This document shows positions 1 through 20,735 of a DNA stretch of 64,000 bases, one piece after another. The notes under the pieces were generated by a model. That model had not been told where the DNA came from. It saw only the letters and a program-made list of their open reading frames with translations, and did not search any database. The first letter of the stretch is position 1. Every line of letters begins with the position of its first letter. Made by a program: the position numbers and the translations under genes. The stretch is from the human T2T-CHM13v2.0 reference genome, Homo sapiens: the NCBI RefSeq assembly GCF_009914755.1, contig NC_060943.1; one strand, 5' to 3'.

Positions 1-2558
1 CAGGCAGAGAAGACTCAGGATGATTCTAAATAAAAAAATGGAACTACTTTGGCTCAACTCCAGAATCCGGGTTGTCCGTCCTGATTTGCTAGCTGTTGGG
101 TAAGTAGAAGGACAAGAAGACTCTACTCCAGTATCACATTTTACAGGTAGGTATAGTTGTGGTCATGGCTCTGGATACTTTGTGGTCTTAAGATGCTTGT
201 TTACACTTACAGATTCTGCCATCAGATTCTATTTACTCCTGGAGCCTCTCATATAACTGTGGCAGGTTAATGAAGAAGATGTGAAAAGGTCAAAAAGCCA
301 CACTCCCAAAAGAGGAATTTAAAATGTCTATGTTGATATCTCACAATGCAGAAAATGCCTCCTGTTGGTTTTCTGTAAATTCTCAATCCAAAGTCTGGCC
401 CTGCCTTGTAAATCCCAGCAGAGGCCAGGTCTTATTTGCAAATTCTAGGTGAAATCAACCTCACTCTGCATTTTTGGGTGTTACAGCAAGTAGAGTGAAA
501 TCAAAGGAGAGATTCCCTCCTAGAGGCTGCTCTAGGATATTCTAAATAATATTTTACCTTAAAAAAGCTGACACAACATGAACATAAGCAGACAGTTTAT
601 TTGGGTCAAGCTTAAGTATTTTAACTTGAGACAAAATATTCAAGTTGCCTGGAATCTACACTTTCATTAGCAGCACTTACAAGTGGATTTGTGAAGGCAA
701 AAAAGAGGAACAGTGAGTGAGCTGATACAAAATTGGTTGTGAGAAATTCTTATTTATGTAAAGAAATAACTTTAATAATTGATTGGATATACATCATTAA
801 GGTTAAGGATATGGAATATAGTGTCCAGTGTAGAATTATTAGTTTAATTTATAGCTACTTGTGGCAATAGTGAACAGTTTCAATAGATAAATATATAGCT
901 GAAAAAAAGGAGAAAAACGTAATTGTGCTCTCATTTTAATGTTTCTCTGACTTTAGTAACTAAAAGGACTTGCATTCCTCAGATAAAAACTTATTTTTTT
1001 CTTTTCAATTCTCAAGACTTAGATTTAGAATACGGAGCTGCAAATTCAGGTCCTGCATGGGTAAAGTAGCAATAGGTGTTACCTGAACATTTGTGGGCAT
1101 TTTAGCATGAGGAGGGAGGGAGAAGTGGATTCTCACGTCTACAGGTCTACTCAGTGCACATATTTTACTCTGATTGGGTTTCTGTGCCCCATGGTCACTG
1201 AATCAGTTTCAGGTCTGAAGACACAAGTCATTGAAAGAGGTAAAATGGTTAATATCTGACCTATGAAGTTTGTAGAAATCTGTTCTAGCCTCTCTAAAAG
1301 TGACTGCAGAGGATGATAGATACCAAGTACGTAGAGACACAATTCCACCTGCATATTTAGGGTACAGCATGCACTTCACAGCACAACTGTGAATTGACTG
1401 GAAGCCTGAGTGGAAAAGGCCCATCTAGAGTAAAGCTTAGTTGGCACCTTATGTGTTTGTATTATGTCTGGTAATTCTAGACAAGGTTTGGGAAATATAA
1501 TTAGAAGCACAATTTTCTTCAGCCCCAGAGGAACTCCACATAACAGAACAGAAAGAAAATTGTTTTATTACACAATTACATGTGAATATGACATGCATTA
1601 TAGTCAATTTGCTCAAGAGATTGCAAAGACAGAAAGACAGTGACCATAATTTGTCTACAAGTAGAATTTACAGCACCATGTCATACATAGTTCATCCTAA
1701 ATTCACATGGTAGTTGGGAAGGCCATCCATGTATGCTAATTGGTTATAATCAATGACAAAATAAACTTTTCACATCTTCATGACTGGAGGTAGTTTTGCA
1801 ACTTGAACCCCGGTGCCTACTGAAGGTAGGCTTTGACTCTTCTACAAAAAGTGTTGATTCGGGTGCTATCTTTTTGGCTATTTACATTTTAAAGCAATAG
1901 CTCTCTACTCCCTGAGCACTGGGCTAGAGCACTCCTGCTTTCCCTCTCTTGGTGGCTAGTGTACTCTCTTGACCCCACCATCTGCCACTGAGGCACAGCC
2001 CACAGCACAGGGCTCACAGCTGGAAACTCACATCTTAGGTGAACCCCATTTGCCACAGCAGCACTCCAGTGGCACATCAGACAGTGAAGCCTGAGCAGCA
2101 GGAGGAGAGCCTGCAGGCCTCCTGGGTAGAATTGCACCTTCACAATAATAGAAAAGGGAGCACTGTTTCAGCCTCAGTTTTTATTTATAATGGTGACATG
2201 AAAAAAATACTGCTGGGTTTTAGCATGAGTCCAGATAGAGACAGCTCTGAGAGTTCTCACTGTGACAGCTCACGTCTTTCACAGACACCACGGGATACTA
2301 ATAGGGCTTCTCAAACAGACACACAATGCATTAGAGAGAAAAAACTGGTCTCATTCTGAGAAAGATTATGTTGAGAGAAAAAAGTTAAAAGTGTCTTAAG
2401 AAAAAACTGAGATTAGATATAAGATTGATCAGGTCAGCCAGAAAATATTTCCCTAAGAAGAATTTCTCTCCAAACACCCAAAGTGCATAGCTACTCTCAG
2501 CAAGGGAAACATGAGCATTATTGAATAAAGGGGGCACATTCTCAGCAAAAAAAAAAAT

Positions 2559-3178
<620 letters not shown>

Positions 3179-5388
3179 TAAAAGATTTATCTTCCATCTC
3201 TGCTGTTCTCTTATTTCCTAACCATTGAATGTGAGATATATTGGAATATATCTGACAACTTCCACCAGCACTTTTTTATAAAAATTGAAATCTGACTGTG
3301 TTAATATAGTAGAATATATTAGAGCTTGCAACATAGCTAACTGGAGAGCAATTACGGTTTTTGGGTAGCCATATCACTTGTCTTTGTCCTGTAATAGTAG
3401 CAAGCTAATTTGGTAAAATATATGACACTAAAATTATGCTATAATTTTATAGCATAATTTTATGCTATAATTTATTCCCATTGGATAAATTAATATGCAT
3501 GTCAGACTAATATCTACTGTAATGATTTAATGGTAAATTTTTTTGGATATCAGATACAAATATGTAAGTATGAATAATTTTATGTACTACTCATAATGTA
3601 TGTAAGATTTTAAAAAATTATCTGAACTATACCTCAGTTGAAACACTATATTTCAAAAATATGAATAATATTAAAATAACTAAGGAATTCAATCTAAGTA
3701 AATACGTGGCCTTAAATTCATACTATTGTAGAAAATACTGTTTATATGAATGCAGGTTGTCTACAAACACTACACATAACTATACTAACTGTACTGAAGT
3801 AACCCAAGTACAACAGACTCCACTGTTCAGTCTATACACTGAACTCTTCTGGCTTTTGCAGTGTAAGTATGTCAGCCAGCAAATAATCACCCTGGATAAT
3901 CAGGTTTCTGCCAAAGAACTTACTCAGGATCTTTTAGTCTTTATTATTCTGTATTGCTAAATTTAATCCAATCTTTGTGCTCAACTTCTTTATGCTCTTG
4001 AAATGAACTTTACTCTGAACAAATTTGTGTCTACTTTAAAGACTAAAGACAAAAAAAAAACCAATATTTTGCCAAGACAAAAAGAAAGCAATGAATCTCA
4101 GGTCCCAGATAAAGACAATTCTGAGTCAAAAAGAATGACAAATGGTTTGTGTTATTGCTAATATGATTTACATATATTTCAAAAAGCAGAAAAAATATAT
4201 ACATATAATCTAAACCTTTTATAAAAATCAGCAAGTTATCCTCCCTTATTTTCACATATGAGAATAAAGCTTCTTATTTCTAATTTATATTTTGTCTTAC
4301 AACAGCCAGGTCTCTGGACAAGTTCTTGAACTCTTGGACATCTGAATTTTGCACACTGTGTGCACTTGAAAGAATGTTTATGGGGGGAAAAGCAGAAGAG
4401 AGGAAGGTGTTATAAAAAAACTCCATGGGTTCACATGAATAAAGCAAGTTCTTAGAGACCTATGAAGAGACTCAGAATCTGACACAGTAATAATCGGAGA
4501 CTACATCTGACAAGCACTAATGGACAGATCATTGAAGAAGAAAATTAACAACAATATTACGACTTGAACTCAACACTTGACCAAACAGTCCTAATAGACA
4601 TCTACAGAACTCTTCATCGAAAAATACCGTAATATATGTTCTTCTCATCACCATGTGGCACATACTCTAAAATTGACCACACAATCAGAAACAAAACAAT
4701 TCTCAGCAAATTCAAAAATCCGAAAATTATACAAACCACACACACAGATTACAGCTTAAGAAAAAAATGATTCAATACCAATAAAACAACTGGAAACTAT
4801 ACAATTAAATAAAAATTAAATGGCCTACACTTGAATAACTTTTTGGTAAATAATGAAATTAAGGCAGAAACCAAGAAGTGTTTTGAAACAAATAAGAACA
4901 AAAATACAACACACCAGAATCCCTGCAATACATCTAAAGCAATGTTAAAAGAAAAATTTATAGCATTAAATCCCCAGATCAAAAAGTTAAAAAGATCTCA
5001 GTTTAACAACCTGACATCATAAATAAAAGACTGAGAGCAGCAAAAGCAAATCAGCCCCTAAGCTAGCAAAAGACAAGAAATAACCAAAATCAGATCTGAA
5101 CTGAAGGAGATTTAGACATGAAAAATTACAAAATATCAAGAGATCCAGGTATAAAATCTATTTTTTTAAAAAAGGTAAATAAACTACTAGCTAGATTAAT
5201 GAAGAAGATACAAATAAACACAATTAGAAATAAAAAAAAGAGACATTAGCACTGACCCCACAAAAATATACTGAAGTCTGCTATGCATATAAACAAACAA
5301 ACAAACGAAATCTAGAAGAAATGAAAAAATTCTTGAACAAACACATCCTCCCAAGACTGAACACACACACACAAAAATCAAAGCCCTG

Positions 5389-5686
<298 letters not shown>

Positions 5687-5985
5687 AAAATCAAAGCCCT
5701 AAATACATAGATAAGCTCAAAATATTGAATTAGTAATAAATAGCCTACCAACTAAATGAAGCTCAGGACCAGACATACTCACAGCTGAATTCTACCAGAT
5801 GTACAAATAGAAGCTGATATTATTTTTACTAGAACAATTTCAAAAGATTAAAAAGAAGAAACTCCTCTCCAACTCATTATGTAAGAACAGCATCATTCTG
5901 ATACCAAAACCTAACAGAGATAAAACAAAAAAAGGCAACTTCAGGCCAATATCCTTGAAAATTGATGCAAAAATCTTCAACAAAA

Positions 5986-6332
<347 letters not shown>

Positions 6333-8276
6333 TCAACAAACTACTGGCAAACCAAATCCAGCAGCATATCAAAAAGCTAACCCACTATGATCAACTATGG
6401 TTTATTTTGGGGATTTAAGGTTTGCTCAACATACAGAAATCAATAAATGTGATTCATCACATAAACAGAATTAAAGACAGAAAGCACAAGATTATCTCAA
6501 TAGATGCACAAAAAGCTTTCAATAAAATTTAACATTTTTCATGTTAAAAACCCTCAACAAACTAGGCATTGAAGATGCATACGTCAAAATAGTAAGTTAT
6601 CTATGACAAACCCACAGCCAATATACTGAATGGACAAAACCTGGAAGCATTCCTTCTTGAAAACTGGCACAAGACAAGGATGCCTTCTCTCAACACTCCT
6701 ATATTCAATATAAAATTGGTAGTCTTAGCCAGAGCAATCAGGCAAAAGATAAAAATAAAAGGCATCCAAACATAAAGAGAGGAAGTCAAACTATCCTTAT
6801 TTGCAAACAACATGATTCTACATCTGAAAACCCATATACTCTCAGCAGAAAAGCTCTTTAAACTGACAAACAACTTCAGTAAAGTCTCAGGATACAAAAG
6901 AAATGTACAAAAATTAGTAGCAACCCTATATATCAAGAACACCTAGGCCAAATCCGAATCGAAAACACAATCCCATTCACAACTGCCACAGAAAAGAATA
7001 ACATATCTAGAAATACAGATAACCAGAAAGGTAAAAGATCTCTATGACAAGAATTACAAAACAATGCTTAAAGAAGCCAGAGATGACACAAACAAATGGA
7101 AAGCAACTTTATGCTCATGAATAAAAAAGATCACTATCATAAAAATGGTCATACTGCTTAAATAAATTTACAGATGTAATGCTAATTTAATCAAACCACC
7201 AAAATATTTTTAACAGAACTAAAAGAACAAACTATTTTAAAATTCACATGGAACCAAAAAAGAGCCTGAATAGCCAAGGCAATCATAAGCAAAAACAACA
7301 AAGCTGAAGGCATTACATTACCTGACTTCAAACTACACAACAGTGCTACAGTAAACAAAGCAACATGGTACTGGTACAAAAACAAACTCATAGGCCAATG
7401 CAACAGAATAGGGAGCCCAGAAATAATGCCACACACCTAAAACCATCTGATCTTCAACAAAGGTGACAATAGGAATGTGGGAAGAATTTCCTATTTAATA
7501 AATGGTGCTAGAATAACTAGCTAGCACTATGTAGTAGATTTTTTATAACACCATATAAAAAAATCAACTCAAGGTAAATAAAAGACTTAAATGTTAATCT
7601 TAAAAAGGATATATTTTAAAAAACCCTGGAAGGTAAGAAGTGCCATTCTAGACATAGAAACTGGCAAAGATTTCATGATGAAGATATGAAAAGCAATTGC
7701 AACAAAAGCAAAAACTGACAAATGGGACCTAATTAAACTTTTTCACAGCAAAGGAAACTATCAACAGAGTAAACAGACATCCTACAAAATAATAGAAAAT
7801 ATTTGCAAACTATGCTTCTGACAAAGGTCTACTATCTAGAATCCATAAGGAACTAAAACAAGTTTACAAGAAAAAAAAACTAAAAAGAAGACCAAAAAAA
7901 AAACATGAAAAAGACGTTTGTCTTCAAAAGGAGACAAACATGTGGCTAACAAGCATGTAAAAAAATGCTCATCACTAATCATTAGAGAAATGCAAAAGAA
8001 AACCACAACAAGAAATCATCTCAAACCAGTGAGAATGGCCATTATTATAATTCAACCATTGTGAAAAGCAGTGTGGTGATTCCTCACTAAACTAAAAACA
8101 AATTACCATTTGACCCAGTAACCTCACAATTGGGTATATACCTAAAAATATATAAATTATTCTATCCTAAAGACACATGCACAATCACGTTCATTGCAGC
8201 ACTATTCACAACAGCAAAGACATGGAATCAACCTAAATGCCTATCACTGGTAGACTAGATAAAGAAAATATAGTAT

Positions 8277-9094
<818 letters not shown>

Positions 9095-9829
9095 CTAAAT
9101 AAGAACACATGAACACAGAGGGGAAAAAAGACACTGAGGCCTAGTAGAGGGTGGAGGGTGGGAGGACTAAAAGGGTCAGAAAAAGTACCTTTTTGGTGCT
9201 ATGATTAGTACTGCAGTGACAAAATAATCTGCACACCAAACTCCCATGACATAATTTTAGCTGTATAACAAAGCTGCATGTGTACCCCTGAACCAACCAA
9301 AAATAAAAGTTAAAAGAAAACAAAGTCCCTGGGTTGGAGAGAGTGAAATGCAGGTGGAAGGACTGGTTTGTCCTATAGATAGTGGCCCAGGTGGGGCTGT
9401 ACTCTGATTTATTTCTGGGTCCATGCAGGCAGATAAGATTATGAACCCTAGGCTGGTGGAGAAAACAGGTTGCTACTGCAGATTCAGTGTCTGAAAATAG
9501 AGATATGCCAGGAGACTTGTAGACACTTTTGTGGTTTTTGGCCAAAAAAACCACTAGGATCAAAAATGCTGTGGTAAAATTCCTGAGGGTGGTGCCTTGT
9601 CCAGAGAGGAGTGTGGACACATCAATGTCAAGTGGGTGTTTGTGAGTGGGTAGAAATCCTCTGCTGGCAGCTGTGGCAAAAGGGGGTTTGTCATCAGATC
9701 TCTTTTAAGTTTTCAGTCCTCTGTCACCCTGGGAGGAGATCTGAAATCAAAGAACAAGGGGCAGTGTGACAGCCTGTGTAGAGGAGATCAGAGCTTCCCA
9801 TTCCCAGACACCCAGAGTTTCATTCCAGG

Positions 9830-10200
9830 CCAGGAGTCTGTGATATCTTTCTTCTGGCACCAGATCTGCAGAGTTTGATGAACACCAACAATTCTCCAAC
9901 AGCAACTCATTGTCTAACACTTGAATTCTGACACCACCCAGAGTCAGCACAGACCCTGATTCAGGGCTCAGTCCCACAACATTGTCCTCACTGCAGATGC
10001 CAGTCACAAACCCCATGGGCTCATCTATGCTTCTGACCTACTGTTTAAAAATTGGGGACTCCCATAACCTTTTTGAAATTCAATAACCTGATACAGCTAC
10101 TCACAGAACTCAGCAGAACACTAGTTATACTTACTGGCTTCAAATAAAATATACAACCCCCAAAAAGTCAAATGGAAGAAAAGTATAGAACCAAGAAAAG
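9830..10200. mobile_element. MER21-family (ERVL) LTR fragment; paralogous copy at ~62690-63030
   Basis: caccaacaattctccaac...aattctgacac...ggctcagtcccacaa...ctcacagaactcag motifs typical of MER21. Confidence 0.65.
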
Positions 10201-10840
10201 AGGTGGGAAAAGATGAAGCATATAGATAATAAATAGCCGGGATTAGTAAAATTCTCTATCCTCTGTGTTCTCCAGGAACACTTATGAAAAGAAACACCCT
10301 TCTCATCATGACTTAGATGGTGCTCTTTTCTTACCTACTACACAACCAGGAAAACACTCTGCATATTTTCTTCTTCTTCTCATTAAAAAAATCAGCTGAA
10401 TTTGCCTTCAGTGGTCAACATAAAATACCTTTTAATCAAACTTAAGTTTATTTTCTTCCCACAGGCTCCTGAACTCTGAGCTACTCTCAGTCCGAGCCAC
10501 CATACAACCTCATTTTATGCTACTGCAGATTCAGTGTCTGAAGAACACTCCTAAGAACACACTGACTTCAGGGTAAAACATTCTCTGATCTAAAATCTGA
10601 TTATTTCACCCTTCATTTAAACATTCCCCTCACCTTCTTTCTAATCTTATTTGCTTTTCCCTAGGAAAAAAAGCCCTTTTCTACCTAATCTTTGCAATCC
10701 TTAAAGATCTTATAGTTGGTACTTCCTCCTGTTGTAATACTCCTTTGGAATTCAATTTTTTTTTTAATGTACGTCTAACTGGTTTATTTTAAAACCTCTC
10801 GAATCTGCCTCAAAACAGTAACAATTTACTGTTTAACAAT

Positions 10841-10878
10841 TTAGGGCTAGGGTTCAGTTTAGGGTTAGGTTTAGGGTT
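10841..10878 (+). repeat. Short degenerate interstitial telomeric sequence, (TTAGGG)x6
   Basis: TTAGGG CTAGGG TTCAGT TTAGGG TTAGGT TTAGGG TT in register. Confidence 0.8.
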
Positions 10879-11625
10879 CTGTAAGACACCCCCAAACCTC
10901 TTCTATCTTAACCTTAACTGCATCTGCCTGTGGGGCCCCAGCTTTCCAGGGCTCTGTAGCTTCTCTCACTATAGAGGCTTCTTCCATGGCTGCGGTAAGC
11001 AGGCTGGGACATCTGCAGGAAAGGCTTTCCAGAAGGAACTAACTGGGCCTTTAATAACCTCCGTCTGCTGGCTCAAAATTAACCTTAGCTTGCAGTCATT
11101 AGGCTCAAGCTTTAATTTACCATGTCAGAGTCATTCACTTAGTTTTTGAAATTGTGTTTGAAAAATCCAGCAAAATGATTCAAAAACAGTGTTCATATAA
11201 GAAAATTTTAAGGTGCTTACCTTTTGTACCTCAGTAAGAGAAGCAAATGTATTTATTTCTTTTGGACAATAAAGCATTATTTTATTTTTTGTATTAAAAA
11301 TCATGTGGTAAACAGTTATATGGGAACACTTCTAGGAGGTACCAAGTTTCATGACATAAAATTTACCATTAAACTCAGAAATCGAAAAACAGGATATAGA
11401 ACAAAGATATTTATTTTTGCAAATTCACCCTGCAAGAAAAGAAACTGATGTTTTCACGAATCTGTGTAACTCACCAATTACCTACCGCATTTTCTTGTGG
11501 AAATATATTAATTCTCTATAGCCAAAATGGAAGAAAAATTTTTATTTTTTTCCTCAGTAGCTAACATTCTAAAAGCTAGATGGAATTCTATTTGAAATCA
11601 CTCAGCCATAAAAAACACACCTGAG

Positions 11626-11913
11626 GGCCGGGCACGGTGGCTCATGCCTGTAATCCCAGCACTTCAGGAGGCCGAGGCAGGTGGATCATGAGGTCAGGAG
11701 ATTGAGACCATCCTGGCTAACACGGTGAAACCCCGTCTCTACTAAAAATACAAAAAAATTTGCTGGGCGTGGTGGCGGGCTCCCACTATTTGGGAGGCTA
11801 AGGCAGGAGAAGGGCGTAAACCTGGGAGGAGGAGCTTGCAGTGAGATCCCGCCACTGCACTCCAACCTGGGGACAGAGCAAGACTCTGTCTCCAAAAAAA
11901 AAAAAAAAAAAAA
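11626..11913 (+). mobile_element. AluY-like element with small internal deletion
   Basis: Alu consensus; acacctga flanking duplication. Confidence 0.9.
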
Positions 11914-12100
11914 GTAACACCTGAAAAAACTCCTAAATTCACTCTGAGAAAATAAAAGGTGAATGAGAATTTTCAACAAATAAAATATATAATTAGATAT
12001 TGTTTTTTGAAATTCACCTTTTTTTATGCCCTTTGTAAATATTTTCTTACCTTTCAAGCCCTACTAATAAAATGCAATTTACAGTTAAAAAACTGAGGTC

Positions 12101-12722
<622 letters not shown>

Positions 12723-13151
12723 TCAAAATAAGTGAACAATGCATTTAATCATTTCAAGGTACAGATATGTCTGACTCATGTGTCAAGTCAGGCCATCCAA
12801 TTACTTGAGAGATTCTCCCACCCCATCCTGTTCACTTAAGTGCTCAGTAACCATTCTCTCAGGAGACTCTGAACTATGCCCCAGTGAGTGCCCCAGGTAC
12901 ATTTTACTTTGCAAGTTCTTGCACCATCTCACTGGGGTCAGTTTTTTTTTTTGTCTTTGGAGTGCTATTTTTTTTCACAAACTTTTTACCATTTTTATTT
13001 CACTATTTTTCTGTCCCCTAAGAGAATCCAGGGGCAAAAATTATTTTGGTTTCCCCTTCAATACCAGCATCTGATTGTCTGAACAGCAATATGTCTCCAA
13101 GAAATGGAAGCTGCGTTGGGTAAAGACAACACTAATATCTCAAGGGGTTAG

Positions 13152-13285
13152 CTTTCCAAAAAAACAGCACACCAGAAGATGCCTCTCAGCCCCAGGGTAT
13201 TCACCTGCTCTCTTGAGAGGCTACACTCCATATCTCATGTTGTGTTATGGGAGAAGAGAGGCTACACTGTGTACCTCAGGTTGTC
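13152..13285 (-). pseudogene. Dormant homologue of the ZNF100/ZNF430/ZNF431-type exon 2, with a 41-bp tandem duplication of its 5' end
   Basis: Minus strand reads ..YGV*PLKRAGEYPGAERHLLVC..; expected donor reads ctaacc instead of gtaacc. Confidence 0.65.
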
Positions 13286-13856
13286 TTATGGGAGAAAATG
13301 ACCCAGGAGCTGATATTCACTAGACGCTCTCGCAGACATAGCCATGGCGGGTATCTTAGTTTTTCCCCAGATAGTACTGAATCTCAGGTCCAAGAAAAAA
13401 CTGAAGGGTGTCTGAGGACACATCTCCCTATAAAGTTTCCAAAGGGAAACCTTGACCCAAAACATTCTGATATCTATGTCTACGGAAAACAGAAGAAAAA
13501 ATATTTACAAACAGAAAACAAATCTTTTTAAATGTGCCATCAAATGCTTTGTCAAAAAATGATTACAATAGGTATCAAAATGTAAACTAAAGGACAAATA
13601 GTTGATCATGTGAATAAGGGAGGGGAAATTGGCGTTTGGGAATGTCAGAAGGAACTGGAAATTAAGTATTTTACTGCAAGCCAGAGTCAGGCTGGAGAAA
13701 TAGGGGGTGGCAGATAGACTTGAGGTCCTGCTTGGGACACATGTGAAAAATGCAAGGAAACAGCAATTCCTTGTGGGGTGTGAAAATAATTAAGTGGCTG
13801 GCAGTTAGACTGAGGAGGCTCTAGTTTCTAATTTCTACTTTTAAAAAATCTAATTC

Positions 13857-14155
<299 letters not shown>

Positions 14156-14293
14156 CTAATTCAAATGCATTTTTTGTAAATTACTACATTGGGGGAAAAA
14201 ATTTCAGGCTTAACACACTATAAACTGCCAATTAACCTCTGATTACATAACCAAGAAATTTCCATCTTGATGTTACAAATTAAGAAACCACAA

Positions 14294-14631
<338 letters not shown>

Positions 14632-14879
14632 TTATTGAATGTGGTTTTCCTCGTTATGCACCTTATAAAACTCTTTCCGTCAAACCCCTTCAATAGACCA
14701 TTAACTACAACCCATAGCCGGGTGCTCTACAATTTTGGAATCACTCTTTGATTAAATTCTTTAATATTTTTGAGGTGACTTCCATAAATTTTTAATAGGA
14801 GAAAACAGGAACTGGGAGCCTCACGGACCAAAGCTCTTCCCATTCATGAACCCACACCCCAAGTCAGGATTCTCCTCTC

Positions 14880-15570
14880 ACGACCCTCTCATGGTCCCTG
14901 CACATCTGGGAGAGACTCCGCGCTGCGGGTGCAGAGCGGCCCCAAGAGGGCTCCAGGCCAGGGCACAATCACAGCGCAGGGAAGAGACAGGACGCCCGGG
15001 GACCGGGTGTCAGCGCAGCCTCCATCTTATGGCTGAACGGGACTGAGGTCGAGCTAGGCAAGAACTCGGGGCACAGATGTGGAGCTGACTGCGGGGAGGC
15101 CTGAGTCCCGCCACAGCCACTTCCCACCGGTTCCAAGCAGCCCGGGCCACTCTCTCAGTGTGTCGGACCCGGCACACTCACCATTTCTAGGCTTCCAGGG
15201 GGTCCTGGCGACTTAGTTGTGGATCTCCCAATACCTGCAGGTCATAGGGCCACAGAGGCTGGGACTCTAGGAGCAGAGGACACACAGCAGTAAGGACGAG
15301 ACCTTGACCTCCGGCTGCAGCGAGAGACAAAGGACCGACCACATCCCGGAAGCCGACCTGTCCCCTCCAGCTGCCTGCCTGATTGGACGTTCCCAGCCCA
15401 GCATCCCTGATTGGATAATGTTTAAGGCCCCGCCCTTTCAGGCCCTGAGTGACAGAAGATGTGATCAGATGCTGGGCTGAATGAAGAAAGAGAGCCAGCG
15501 TAGGCTGCAACCTTTCAGGCAGGGCTTCCTCCCTGAGCTGAGCCAGGCCCACCCCAGAGCATGCGAATAT
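14880..15570 (-). promoter_or_regulatory. CpG-island promoter of the minus-strand KRAB-ZNF gene
   Basis: CpG-rich; ETS/GABP site CCGGAAG 15346-15352; two CCAAT boxes (ATTGG 15382-15386 and 15410-15414); GC box 15426-15435; degenerate YY1 site 15018-15028. Confidence 0.88.
15182..15345 (-). CDS. ZNF208: Exon 1 (5'UTR plus initiator ATG only) of a ZNF91-subfamily KRAB zinc-finger gene; KRAB and finger exons lie left of the window
   Basis: Family-typical exon ctttgtctctcgctgcagccgga...ggaagcctagaaATG|gtgagt with ATG at 15184-15182 and GT donor at 15181-15180. Symbol inferred from recalled head-to-head ZNF208/ZNF257 arrangement with intervening beta satellite; not aligned. Confidence 0.65.
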
Positions 15571-15714
15571 TCTCTCTCTTCTTTACTCTCTCTCTTTTTA
15601 AATGTATTCGAAATGTGAACGAATATATTTTACTGCCATGTTAATAATACATAAAACTTTTGTTCCAGAGTAAATTAATTTTTACTTTAGTCATAGTGTG
15701 TTATCAATACTAAA

Positions 15715-16015
15715 GGCCGGGCGCGATGGCTTACGCCTTTAATCTCAACAGTTTGGGAGGCCGAGGAGGGCGGATCACTGGAGGTCAGAAGTTCAAGACC
15801 AGCCTGGTCGATAGGGTGAAACCCCTTCTCTACTAAAAATACAAAAATTAGTCGGGCGTGGTGGTGGGCGCCTGTAATCCCAGCTACTCAGGAGGCTGAG
15901 GCAGGAGAATCATTTGAATCCAGGAGGTGGAGGTTGCAGTGAGCCGAGGTTGGGCCATTGCACTCCAGCTTGCGCAACAAGAGTGAAACGCCATCTCAAA
16001 AAACAAAACAAAAAA
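15715..16015 (+). mobile_element. Alu (AluS)
   Basis: Alu consensus with A-rich tail. Confidence 0.92.
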
Positions 16016-16151
16016 ATTAAACTTATTTTAGTAAAACCTTATAAATAAATCCATCAAATTTGTCACTTTTCCAACACTCTACATTTTCATATATATTTTA
16101 TAATCTCACATTTTTTTAACTTTTCTATTTTATTTTAATAGATTTTTTTAA

Positions 16152-16540
<389 letters not shown>

Positions 16541-16579
16541 TTAAACTTATGGGAGTTTGGGGCTTTTTATTTTTGTCTT

Positions 16580-20735
<4,156 letters not shown>

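Noticed and set aside
570-1000. Possible MER4-group LTR fragment, and a possible alternative exon near 200
   Set aside because: Only vague resemblance; family and boundaries cannot be supported without a Dfam or transcript search
2039-2359. Expressed 106-aa BNIP3-like peptide
   Set aside because: The ORF starts at GTG, the parental ATG is mutated, it frameshifts before the BH3/TM region, and no promoter is evident
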